Shown here: positions 10,001 to 17,825 of the stretch, piece by piece
How the letters are laid out: every line of letters begins with the position of its first letter
Numbering within the stretch: the first letter of the stretch is position 1
NCBI GenBank assembly: GCA_029974635.1
Contig: JARKQY010000001.1
Coordinates: 61,433 to 93,432 of the forward strand
DNA length: 32,000 bases
Direction: 5' to 3'
DNA from: Bacillota bacterium
Lineage (GTDB): Bacteria; Bacillota; UBA4882; UBA8346
Program-made: the position numbers and the translations under genes
The notes under the pieces: model-generated
Databases searched by the model: none
What the model saw: only the letters and a program-made list of their open reading frames with translations
Told to the model about the DNA's origin: nothing

Positions 10001-11750
10001 CAATCCGGCTCTTAAAATCACCGGAGATCTCAGCGGTACATTGAATGATACATCTTTGTTCGGGGACTTTGAACTGAATTATTCCAACAATAAAATTATC
10101 TTTGACAGGGTTGAGTTGTATCATGGGAATGGCGCCATTATTGGGCAAGGTTCCTGGCAAAATCAACATTCGCTAAATGCTCGGGTTCAGCTTATCAATT
10201 TTCCTTTGCAGACGGTGAACCAGTTTACTAACCCTTCCGTCCGGTTAAGCGGAGTTATAAACTCAAAGATCACGCTGGAATGGGATAGGGATAAGGTCGC
10301 TGGTGACTGTCATGCGGAAATAACAACTATCGGCCTCAACGGAAATACGTTTGGAAATATGCAATTAACTGGAATCTTCACCGAAGGTGGGTTGCATGTA
10401 AAAGACCTTTCACTGGCCGGCAAAGAGGGGACAATCAATGGTTCGGCTTATATTCCATGGTCTGCGACCATACCGGCGCAGTTAAAGCTGCCGGCCTTAA
10501 ACAATCAGACGTCGGATCAAATGGAAAGCAATTTTACTTTTAAAAACCTGCCGGTATCTCTGGTGAATAATTATATTCCCGGTTTTTCAGCTACTTACGG
10601 TTCGCTGGATGGGAATATACAGGTGAATGGCGAATTATCCATGCCATCCATTTCAGGCATGCTTGAGATAAATAATACTAGAGCCACCATCGATGAGGTG
10701 CCGCTTCCAATCGACAACTTTCAAGCAGTGGTGGAAATCAATAACAATCAGATTGAAATCAAAAAAGCCCGGGGATTATACGGAACCGGCAATTTCACCG
10801 TTACCGGAAAAGCGAGTTTCTATGAATTCAAAAATCTGGAGTTTGATATTAATTTGACCGGATCGCGAATTTATTATAAAAACTTATTTTTTGACGGCTT
10901 TGGCGACCTGAATCTCAAGTTGACCGGTACGCCGGATGATTCTTTAATTTCCGGTGATATATCGGTATCCAATGCCAAAATTGGCGTTCTTGGGATGGGC
11001 GCCGGGAAAAATTCCGATATTGCATGGCAGCCCAGATTTGATGTCAAAATAAAGGCTGAACATAATACCAGATGCCGGGTAATCGGGTTTGCCGATCTGA
11101 TCATCAAAGGAGCGGTTAATCTTAAAGGAACATTAATGGAACCTCTTTTAGAAGGTGAAATCAATTCCAATAGCGGTGTATTGACTTTTTATAACAATAC
11201 GTTTCGAATTAAAAAAGGAAAGGCTGTTTTTCGATACTCTCAGGGGTATAATCCCTATCTGGAGATAGAGTCGAGTATCAAACGGGCGCAGACGGAGATC
11301 AATCTAAATGTAAAAGGGTTGGCGCCGGATGGAATGAATATTAGTTTAACATCCCGGCCCTTTATGACTCAAGCCGATATTTTTGAGTTGTTGAATTGGA
11401 CGGATTTGGAAGCCGGACAACCTATTAATCCGCAAGACATTATCAACCAAAATCTTAGTATGGTTACCGATACAATCTTTGGAGATTTCTTATACGAATT
11501 ACGCCAGTCATTAAACATCAATTATCTATATTTGGAACCGGATCAGGCGCAGAATGATTTTCGAATTAATTTGGGTTCATATTTAACCCAACAACTATCT
11601 TACTCATATAGCCGTTCCATCTTTCCCGAAAATGAAAAAAGTTGGATATTTAGTTTGAGTTATTACTTCGATCCCGTCTGGTCGTTGGAATATAATTATT
11701 CGCCATTGGACGGAACAGTTTGGCGGCTGAGATATCAAATCCAATTATAA
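7041..11750 (+). CDS. tamB: TamB-like translocation and assembly module protein (AsmA-like / DUF490 family)
   Basis: 1569-aa ORF starting 12 nt after the S55 gene. It has a single N-terminal TM helix (ILIVVVSAIFCMVVLFFVLPSLLL), a very long beta-rich repetitive body (repeated xGxIxLxG motifs), and a C-terminal region (LTSRPFMTQADIFELLNW...WRLRYQIQL) resembling the DUF490 end of TamB. Confidence 0.85.
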   Translation: MFIMLLTNPFLRRSIKRNILIVVVSAIFCMVVLFFVLPSLLLNDKFLTDGFRTMLQKGLKESGLTVEIGNIHWESWNGLVGTRMLFRERNSKEIIIQAEQVHLRFNPFILITNFKNPEACLQKMVFMKPQLAIERYSDNTWNLQRYFKGGGRRLFLAGLLQLKEGQVSFRDYEYGNYILNKINGKVNFNKYPAVSWSLAGTSHLGSELNWSSRGEIRIDQQAGFVNLAVKNGLLARVKPFIPPVFDYRISSGYTDLQLNFVLARGYFGVAKVNATIRDAVVSISPLPKMIRIKYLKGEVSPDMIRVGKGDLLYDQTAIDLSGKIDLRSTKIDASIAAARINPEDWLPFLKVPANLKISGRAGLQLQIDGEIDAPRVNGRIDLDKISVPIQNEHQIQQVSGRIMIVNNNLKIQRLRGSWNQCPLEISGQITDILNPKLNLSIAAYHFRLQDINLFRNFNLGLETNDESALHANISGSIQSPEIAATVTFKQLMYQEVPVSDIELRFVWSTAKNTVQIRNLSGYVWEGELAIKGLVKFEPSGVRWRASGKVSSLDLGKISLGPDLPIQGKVSTDVVFRGNWKNGQPFKIGNVLGTFTGTRLTLSDAIVDQAEGVFNWSDDNLIIDSIQAQIKQGRIFGSLSMDNQGQLAVNLNAENIRMRDLLPDAKKFPLDGTFKGGFVFQGPLNQLSGKIDGSFTGMTLNSKLIGDITGSLIYGNNQISISNLLLTSDLGNFSMQGNVNLAAEPNIDINIISANTDLKGLIKWLPVDPSLTIDGYGEIDLNINGSIENPEFSGRIHLMDPALETVKMKEGFIEFQGNLTEITLTRCLLQNNNSTLEFTGKVNRDRIDLNISGQDFDLSVLGAEAQGHRLQGLVNFTGRLSGAVSNPKLTATISGGELSFGSLSYRSLQARVSWNSGGLTIDSAELRQGDSSVSFNGRVIFSKTVECQLEGRVTSLEINKLRQFVKIPTQLKIGGTLSGTVNINGPINNPALKITGDLSGTLNDTSLFGDFELNYSNNKIIFDRVELYHGNGAIIGQGSWQNQHSLNARVQLINFPLQTVNQFTNPSVRLSGVINSKITLEWDRDKVAGDCHAEITTIGLNGNTFGNMQLTGIFTEGGLHVKDLSLAGKEGTINGSAYIPWSATIPAQLKLPALNNQTSDQMESNFTFKNLPVSLVNNYIPGFSATYGSLDGNIQVNGELSMPSISGMLEINNTRATIDEVPLPIDNFQAVVEINNNQIEIKKARGLYGTGNFTVTGKASFYEFKNLEFDINLTGSRIYYKNLFFDGFGDLNLKLTGTPDDSLISGDISVSNAKIGVLGMGAGKNSDIAWQPRFDVKIKAEHNTRCRVIGFADLIIKGAVNLKGTLMEPLLEGEINSNSGVLTFYNNTFRIKKGKAVFRYSQGYNPYLEIESSIKRAQTEINLNVKGLAPDGMNISLTSRPFMTQADIFELLNWTDLEAGQPINPQDIINQNLSMVTDTIFGDFLYELRQSLNINYLYLEPDQAQNDFRINLGSYLTQQLSYSYSRSIFPENEKSWIFSLSYYFDPVWSLEYNYSPLDGTVWRLRYQIQL

Positions 11751-11913
11751 TTTGTGATATAATTATAGCGTAGTTTTAAGGATAAAAATATGTATATTTG
11801 GGAGAAATCAGCTTGATTTCCTGAAGTCTTTTCATTTCTACAGCAGGATATTAAAGAGGTAACGAGAAACTATGTAATTAGTTTCCCTAAGATTTCCCCG
11901 GGAAGGTGACCGG

Positions 11914-12558
11914 TTGATTCATCAGTATTTTTCTGAATTAGCGAAGGTCCGTATACTTTCTGCGGCAGAAGAATCATCGTTATGGAAGCAGTATAAAATT
12001 GAAAATTCACGTGAGGCGCGCTATCGTATTATCGAGGCCTACCAACCTTTGGTGTATAAAATTGCCTCGCGAATCTCCATTAACGAAGAATTGTTTTTTG
12101 ATTTAATTCAAGAGGGCACAATTGGCTTAATTGAAGCCGTCGAGAACTTCGATCTTAAATACGCCGTTAAATTCAGCACTTATGCCCAACACCGCATCCG
12201 GGGAAGAATGATTGATTTTTTACAAAAATTGCAGCGGTATAAGGAACCCTTGGAAATGGCGCTGCAGGAAGAGGAATTCACCCATTTTTTAAGTCGCATC
12301 GCGGATCAACAAGTTAATATCGAAGATGAAGTTACTTTAAAAATCATCAGCGCTCAGGTCAATCAGGCGATTTCACGTTTAAACCTCAAGGAGCAAAAGG
12401 TGATTCGGGATTTATACCTTTTGGATAAAGAGCCGGCCGCTTCCGCCGAGGAGTTGAATATTAGTCTCTCCTATTTGTATAAAATCCAAAAAAAGGCTTT
12501 GCAACGGTTGCGGGGAATGTTATCAAAACTGCGCACGGAAATAAAAACAAACGGATAA
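11914..12558 (+). CDS. Sigma-70 family RNA polymerase sigma factor, group 3 (FliA/WhiG-like)
   Basis: TTG start with GGAAGGTG upstream. Region 2 reads DLIQEGTIGLIEAVENFDLKYAVKFSTYAQHRIRGRMIDFL. The region 4 helix-turn-helix reads LNLKEQKVIRDLYLLDKEPAASAEELNISLSYLYKIQKKALQRLR. It is short (214 aa). Confidence 0.85.
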   Translation: MIHQYFSELAKVRILSAAEESSLWKQYKIENSREARYRIIEAYQPLVYKIASRISINEELFFDLIQEGTIGLIEAVENFDLKYAVKFSTYAQHRIRGRMIDFLQKLQRYKEPLEMALQEEEFTHFLSRIADQQVNIEDEVTLKIISAQVNQAISRLNLKEQKVIRDLYLLDKEPAASAEELNISLSYLYKIQKKALQRLRGMLSKLRTEIKTNG

Positions 12559-12711
12559 CCGGCATAAAGGGGAGAAAAAACGTGGATAGCGGCTATCATC
12601 ACACTAGATACCCTAAAATCGCAAAAAATAAGTTGACGAAAAAATCGTTTGTTTATGGATATTATCTATAGCTTAAATTATTGCAGGTGTTTTTGGAGGG
12701 GTGTGAATAAT

Positions 12712-13371
12712 ATGGAAAAAGTTGATAACCAAAAAGTGCTTGATCACATTGACGGGGCCAAGGATTGGCTGGATAAAGCCAAGGCTGAATACGACAGCGC
12801 CAATCCGGTGGGAGGCGAGTTGATTTTAAATCTTGCCGGAGCGGAAATTAAATATGCCCGGGAACTAAGTTGTTCCCGTTACGTTGTAACTGAAAAAAGA
12901 ATCCCAAAGAGAGCCGGTTCCGGTGATTTTCGAAAAACGGCCTTACCGATAGCCGCATCTGTCATTCTACTTTTGGGAGTTGTTTTTTGGTTGCAAACCG
13001 GTGGATGGAATACATCCAAAAACCTTTCTGCTTTACAGAAGAGCGCCGCACCGGTTTCCAATGAACCAAAAACGGTTGTCAAAAACAATAGCGGGAATAC
13101 CACGGAAAAGGTGTCCGCTGTCAATGAGCAACCGGATAACTTGCAATCGGAAAATGAAACTATTTTGGAGAAATCTGTATCCGAGAGTTGGAAGACCTCA
13201 AGCGAACGGGAACGAACCGTAAGTAACAGCGGGAATACAGCAATTGCAAATCAAAACAGGGTTGCAGATAAAACTGCAACTCAGCCGAAGCTCCAACCCG
13301 TGTCCCAGCTTTCGATTGATGAAGAAGCCTTAACGAAAGAAGCATCTCACAGTTTGCGAAATGGTAAATAA
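12712..13371 (+). CDS. Bitopic membrane protein: about 95-aa cytoplasmic N-domain, one TM helix, Ser/Asn/Thr-rich low-complexity exterior
   Basis: The frame is open from 12649, but ATG 12712 follows GGAGGGGTG. The TM segment is ALPIAASVILLLGVVFWL. No recognisable family. It ends 13 nt before bamA. Confidence 0.6.
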   Translation: MEKVDNQKVLDHIDGAKDWLDKAKAEYDSANPVGGELILNLAGAEIKYARELSCSRYVVTEKRIPKRAGSGDFRKTALPIAASVILLLGVVFWLQTGGWNTSKNLSALQKSAAPVSNEPKTVVKNNSGNTTEKVSAVNEQPDNLQSENETILEKSVSESWKTSSERERTVSNSGNTAIANQNRVADKTATQPKLQPVSQLSIDEEALTKEASHSLRNGK

Positions 13372-13384
13372 TATCTGACAAAGG

Positions 13385-15151
13385 GTGATATGGTTGAAAT
13401 TATTAAGCAGCCTCCGCTTGTTGGGAGGAATGGCGCTGGTTTTTTGTTTGTTTTTTACCCTTTCCTTTAACCCAGTTTCAGCGGAAACAGCTCCCATTGT
13501 GTTGATTTTTGAAGTTCAAGGGAATGATCATGTTCCGGTAGAAAAGATTTTGGGAGCCATCTCGAATAGCAAGGTTGGACAACCACTAGATTCGCAAAAG
13601 GCGCAACGTGATATGCAGTCTATTATGGAGATTGGCTACTTTGCGGATGTTCGTGCGAAAACCGAACCTGTACTCAATGGTATCAAACTGATTTTTGAAG
13701 TGGTTGAAAACCCAACTTTTAAAGAATTACAGATTACCGGACTGCAGAAGATCGATGCCGAACAATTGCATACTTTTTTTACACAAAAGCCGGGAGAGAT
13801 TTTTAACACTACGATCTTCCGGGATGATTTGGCTGAAGCTGTAAAATTTTGTAAGGAAGAAAAGGGCTACTTGGTTCAGTACCGGGCAACCCCGCAAATT
13901 GTTGGCTCCGACGGAGTTGTTCGCTTGGAATTATTTGAGTTGAAATACGGCAAAATTTCGATTCAAGGGTTGACAAAAACCAAAGATTTTGTCGTGCGGC
14001 GCGAGTTGTTATTTAAAGAAGGAGATATTATTGACACCAATATTCTGCAAGAGAGTATCGTCAAAATTATGCGTTTGCGTTTGTTTGACAATCCTGAACC
14101 CCGGTTCGAAATGACTACTGAACCCGATACTGTTGATTTGATCCTGAATGTGAAAGAGGCAGTGGGTATTGGCGTAATCAGTCCGCAGATCTCTTGGTCA
14201 CCGACTACCAATGAGGTAACCGGATCCTTGATCTACTCAACTCCTAATTTAATGGGGCTAGGACAAAATCTGTCCTTAAATCTGAATTTTTCCGAGAGCG
14301 GCAATAACGCCCAGTTTTCATTTAGTGATCCCTGGCTTGATGCCAATCATACTTCATTTCAATTGACAATGGGAAATACTGAAATCACCCGAGATTCAAC
14401 CATAACCAGTTGGTTTCCCGCGGATAATAATATCTATAGTTTGAGTTTACGGCAAACCAATCTTTCACTGACATTCGGGCGGCCGGTTTGGAATGACAGC
14501 ACGGCTACTTTGGGATTTGATTTTGAACGAAATAATATCCAAAATCCGATCAGCGAGTCTCCATCCCGGCCTTTGGAGTTTTGGGATAATTCCATGAGTC
14601 TCGGATTGAGTAAAAATGGACTCACTTATCAGGATGCTTTCTTTGTAAACGGTGGGTATTTTTTATCGAGCCGTTATAAATTATCCAATAACTTTCTAGG
14701 CAGTGATTATAATTATCAACAGTTGGGTTTGGAAGGAAAATGGTTTCATCAGTTGTTCCCCAATATTGTATGGGGAGTTCACCTGACAGGGGATTGGCTA
14801 ACAGGGGATTACCCGGATTATGACGCTTTATATTTGGGAGGAATGTATAAGCTGCGTGGTTACGACACTTATCGTTTCAGTGCTGATCCGGGAGCCAAAG
14901 ATTTGATCGGTAACCAAGCTTATGTTTTCAATACCGAGCTTCGGTACCGGCCGCCGGCAAATAAAAATGCCGAATTTATAGTTTTCGCGGATGTTGGCCA
15001 GATCACCGACGGAGCTTCTACGACCCTAAAGTATGATTATGGAGTCGGGTTCAGGTTTCATGTATCATTTCTCGGTACTTTAGGAGTGGATTATAGTGTG
15101 AACGCGGATAATACTCCCAAAGTCGTGTTTATCGTTGGAGAAACATTCTAA
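13385..15151 (+). CDS. bamA: Outer membrane protein assembly factor BamA (Omp85 family: POTRA repeats plus D15 barrel)
   Basis: 588 aa with a signal peptide (LLGGMALVFCLFFTLSFNPVSAE). POTRA-like FEVQGNDHVPVEKILGAISNSKVGQPLDSQKAQRDMQSIMEIGYFADV and ISIQGLTKTKDFVVRRELLFKEGDI. The C-terminal barrel carries LGGMYKLRGY and ends in GETF. The start may instead be TTG 13394. Confidence 0.9.
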   Translation: MIWLKLLSSLRLLGGMALVFCLFFTLSFNPVSAETAPIVLIFEVQGNDHVPVEKILGAISNSKVGQPLDSQKAQRDMQSIMEIGYFADVRAKTEPVLNGIKLIFEVVENPTFKELQITGLQKIDAEQLHTFFTQKPGEIFNTTIFRDDLAEAVKFCKEEKGYLVQYRATPQIVGSDGVVRLELFELKYGKISIQGLTKTKDFVVRRELLFKEGDIIDTNILQESIVKIMRLRLFDNPEPRFEMTTEPDTVDLILNVKEAVGIGVISPQISWSPTTNEVTGSLIYSTPNLMGLGQNLSLNLNFSESGNNAQFSFSDPWLDANHTSFQLTMGNTEITRDSTITSWFPADNNIYSLSLRQTNLSLTFGRPVWNDSTATLGFDFERNNIQNPISESPSRPLEFWDNSMSLGLSKNGLTYQDAFFVNGGYFLSSRYKLSNNFLGSDYNYQQLGLEGKWFHQLFPNIVWGVHLTGDWLTGDYPDYDALYLGGMYKLRGYDTYRFSADPGAKDLIGNQAYVFNTELRYRPPANKNAEFIVFADVGQITDGASTTLKYDYGVGFRFHVSFLGTLGVDYSVNADNTPKVVFIVGETF

Positions 15152-15163
15152 CGAGGTGATGAG

Positions 15164-16459
15164 TTGCAGGTCCGACTCGGAATACTCCTTCCCGGCATAG
15201 TGTTATTAACTATAGCATTCGTCGTGAACGGATTTACACCTATCAATGCCCGGGTGAATCATGAGGATAGGGTTGAATCCGTTGAAGTGCAACTTAATGT
15301 CGCCGGACAGATTTATGAAGGTTTACAGGAAAGGATAGAGTATAGCATCGGTCGAGTAGGAGAAAAAATCCTGCTTGATCGATCGCTTTCTTTATTGCTA
15401 TCGAATCAGGAAACTGTAAAAACGACAATTTTCAATGTTTTCTCCAAAGTTCTGGTGGGTTTTAAGATCGAAAAAGTAGATTTAAAAGTAGGCAATCATA
15501 CGAAAGTAATCATTTATCTTAAACCTATACCTCCTTTAATTCAAGCAGTGCGTTTGAATATTGAAGTGAGCGGGTTAGCTCCCGAGTTGGTTTTTTTTAC
15601 TCAAGAGATCACTGCAAAAGTAGAAACCGAATTGAATCATATTTTTGTCGGTCTGCCAGTGGAGTCAATTTTATGGGCTGAAGGAATTTTTAATTTAGTA
15701 GCCAATTATCTTTTAGAACGTGAGCTCCCCGGATTTAATACCAAGATCACCTTAAAAACCGGCGTAGAAACCGTATTTAATATTAATCTAATACCTTATG
15801 GACCGGTAATTTCAGATGTGAAGGTAGATTGCAGTGCGGTTAATATTCCGGTTTTATTTATCAAATCTAAAACCAACAAATACCGGAACCAGCTTAACTT
15901 ATTAAAGGGCCTGCCGGTTGAATTTTTGAGTCATTATCAATTACGGCTTCAAGAGTATTTCACCGCGAGATTGAATGATTCCCTGAAATGGGACCAAACA
16001 GGTATGCGGGTGAAGCTGGGAATAAAACCCGGTGTAACAACCAAGGTGGATGTTACTGTAGTCTCCGAAACATTTTTAGTCCGGTTCGATACCCGGTATT
16101 GTATGTATGATGAGGAGTCTTATTGGAATTTCGAAACCTATCTTGGCTATCATACGGAGTATTATGAGTTATTTACCCGGTGGTATCCTTTTTTGAATAA
16201 CCCCGGTGGGACTATTTTTGTAGGCTGTTATTTTCCATTGGCAACTAATTTTAGCGGCGGATTCGAATATGAGTTTGAACATAGTTATAAAAGGATTGGA
16301 TTTCATTTCCAATTTGAGCGAGGTGATTATTTAGAATTACGCTTGGGAATTGACGGGCCGACCGAAGGCATCATTGGCATTCATATAAATGATCAACTAA
16401 ACTTGGAATTGGTCGATCGTGACAATACTTTTGGAGTTCAACTGAAGTTTATTTTTTAG
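15164..16459 (+). CDS. Uncharacterised envelope protein: N-terminal anchor/signal, alpha/beta repeats, aromatic-rich beta-strand-like C-terminus ending LKFIF
   Basis: TTG start with GAGGTG upstream, 12 nt after bamA. The C-terminal ~110 aa show alternating hydrophobic/aromatic patterns (GGFEYEFEHSYKRIGFHFQFERGDYLELRLGI...FGVQLKFIF) and a terminal Phe, as in OMP beta-signals. No family recognised. Confidence 0.6.
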   Translation: MQVRLGILLPGIVLLTIAFVVNGFTPINARVNHEDRVESVEVQLNVAGQIYEGLQERIEYSIGRVGEKILLDRSLSLLLSNQETVKTTIFNVFSKVLVGFKIEKVDLKVGNHTKVIIYLKPIPPLIQAVRLNIEVSGLAPELVFFTQEITAKVETELNHIFVGLPVESILWAEGIFNLVANYLLERELPGFNTKITLKTGVETVFNINLIPYGPVISDVKVDCSAVNIPVLFIKSKTNKYRNQLNLLKGLPVEFLSHYQLRLQEYFTARLNDSLKWDQTGMRVKLGIKPGVTTKVDVTVVSETFLVRFDTRYCMYDEESYWNFETYLGYHTEYYELFTRWYPFLNNPGGTIFVGCYFPLATNFSGGFEYEFEHSYKRIGFHFQFERGDYLELRLGIDGPTEGIIGIHINDQLNLELVDRDNTFGVQLKFIF

Positions 16460-16499
16460 ACTGTTTGAATGAATAATTTGGTAAAGGGGCGCAATAATC

Positions 16500-17096
16500 A
16501 TGAAAATTAACAAACAATTTACATTTTTGGGATTTGCAATTGTTATATTAACAGTAGTTTTGTTATTAGGTAGTCTGACTTGGGCTGCCACAAAAACCGC
16601 GAAGACATCCAATTCACCGGTGGGATATGTGGATATGGAGCGAATTCAAAAGGAGCATCCTGATTTTATCAGTTTTGCCGAATTAGTAAAGGATAAGGAA
16701 GCGGAGTTTAATTTCTTTAAGAATTATCTCAATAAGCAACTTGAGGGACTTAGCAAAGATCTTCAGAAAAAAGTCGATCAGGAAAAGAGCGGGAAATCCG
16801 CGGATGAACAGGCCAAAATTCAACAGAAGTACCAGGAAGAATTTCAAAAAAAGAGCGGCGAATTAAATAACCAACTTACGCAAAAGAATAATGAGATAAG
16901 CGGTTATTTGAGCCAACAGAGAAAGGTGATTACGGATAAATTGATGAACATCATCGAGGAAATCGCCAAAGAAAAGGATTTAAGCCTGGTAGTCGATAAA
17001 AGTACGCGTTTTTATGGTGGCAACGATATTACCGATGAAGTTCTCAAAAAAGTGAAAGCCAGTGGCAATGGAAAAACGGATAAAACCGGGAAATAG
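16500..17096 (+). CDS. Skp/OmpH-family periplasmic chaperone, paralog 1
   Basis: Signal peptide, then VGYVDMERIQKEHPDF, a Lys/Glu/Gln-rich coiled-coil body, and an OmpH-type C-terminus (KDLSLVVDKSTRFYGGNDITDEVLKKV). Confidence 0.8.
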   Translation: MKINKQFTFLGFAIVILTVVLLLGSLTWAATKTAKTSNSPVGYVDMERIQKEHPDFISFAELVKDKEAEFNFFKNYLNKQLEGLSKDLQKKVDQEKSGKSADEQAKIQQKYQEEFQKKSGELNNQLTQKNNEISGYLSQQRKVITDKLMNIIEEIAKEKDLSLVVDKSTRFYGGNDITDEVLKKVKASGNGKTDKTGK

Positions 17097-17125
17097 ATTT
17101 GTATTTATTTAAGGAGAAATGCCGA

Positions 17126-17701
17126 ATGAATTTAAATATTCTTCGCGGGCTGCGGCGCTTTCTAATTCTTTCTTTTATATTAGTTCTAGCCGGGGTAAGT
17201 TTGAATGGAACTGTTTTCGGTAAATCCTTAAAGGTTGGATTTATCGATATGGAGCTTCTGCGGACGGAACTCCCTTATTACCAAGAATTAGAAAATATTT
17301 TCAAAGCAAAGGATGCCGAGCTTGAAAGTTTTCGGGGCAGCCTATACAAAGAATACTTGCAGTTTTATCAGCAAAGAGAGCAAAATTATTTAAAGGAGAA
17401 AACGGGGCGATCCTCGGAAGAACAAGAGCGGCTTTCCCAACGTTTTCAGACTGAAGTCAAAGCCAAAATGGCTCAATTGAACGAACAGTTGGAAAAAAGG
17501 CAAGGGGAGTTAGAGAAGTTTAAGGAAGAGCAGAATCAGATGTTGATTGATAAGGTAAATGAACTCATTAACACTGTTTCCGCCAAAGCAAAGGTTGCCA
17601 CAGTCATTGAAAAAAAATATGTATTTTACGGCGGTACCGATATTACCAAGAAAGTTATCGACAAAGTTAAAAAGGATAGCCAAAAGAAAACTAAACCGTG
17701 A
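17126..17701 (+). CDS. Skp/OmpH-family periplasmic chaperone, paralog 2
   Basis: ATG 17126 follows AAGGAG; the track frame opens at 17099. Signal peptide, VGFIDMELLRTELPYYQ, coiled-coil body, and C-terminal VIEKKYVFYGGTDITKKVIDKV parallel to paralog 1. Confidence 0.8.
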   Translation: MNLNILRGLRRFLILSFILVLAGVSLNGTVFGKSLKVGFIDMELLRTELPYYQELENIFKAKDAELESFRGSLYKEYLQFYQQREQNYLKEKTGRSSEEQERLSQRFQTEVKAKMAQLNEQLEKRQGELEKFKEEQNQMLIDKVNELINTVSAKAKVATVIEKKYVFYGGTDITKKVIDKVKKDSQKKTKP

Positions 17702-17717
17702 GAAATCATCCACCCTG

Positions 17718-17751
17718 AATTATCATAGATAATTAATTATCATAGATAATT
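17718..17751 (+). promoter_or_regulatory. Perfect tandem duplication of a 17-bp unit, each containing the palindrome ATTATC-N3-GATAAT (candidate operator pair)
   Basis: aattatcatagataatt occurs at 17718-17734 and again at 17735-17751, in the 124-bp gap upstream of the 17826 gene. Confidence 0.6.
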
Positions 17752-17785
17752 TAAAATTCAAGCTTCGCTTTAATACGGGTGGCTG

Positions 17786-17807
17786 TTTCTACTAGAAAAA
17801 TTTCTAG
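17786..17807 (+). promoter_or_regulatory. Overlapping palindromes TTTCTA-C-TAGAAA and CTAGAAA-AA-TTTCTAG
   Basis: Read directly: tttctactagaaaaatttctag, 19 nt upstream of ATG 17826. It could be an operator or a small hairpin. Confidence 0.45.
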
Positions 17808-17825
17808 ATAGCAAAAGTGTAATTC

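Noticed and set aside
7835-11170. Several 60-120-aa minus-strand ORFs inside tamB (for example 7835-8206, 7938-8300, 10874-11170)
   Set aside because: They are antisense shadow frames of a long, well-supported CDS, with no start-site signals.
11800-11835. The hairpin gaaatca-gct-tgatttc after tamB as a terminator
   Set aside because: The stem is short (7 bp) and no T tract follows. That is insufficient to call a terminator.
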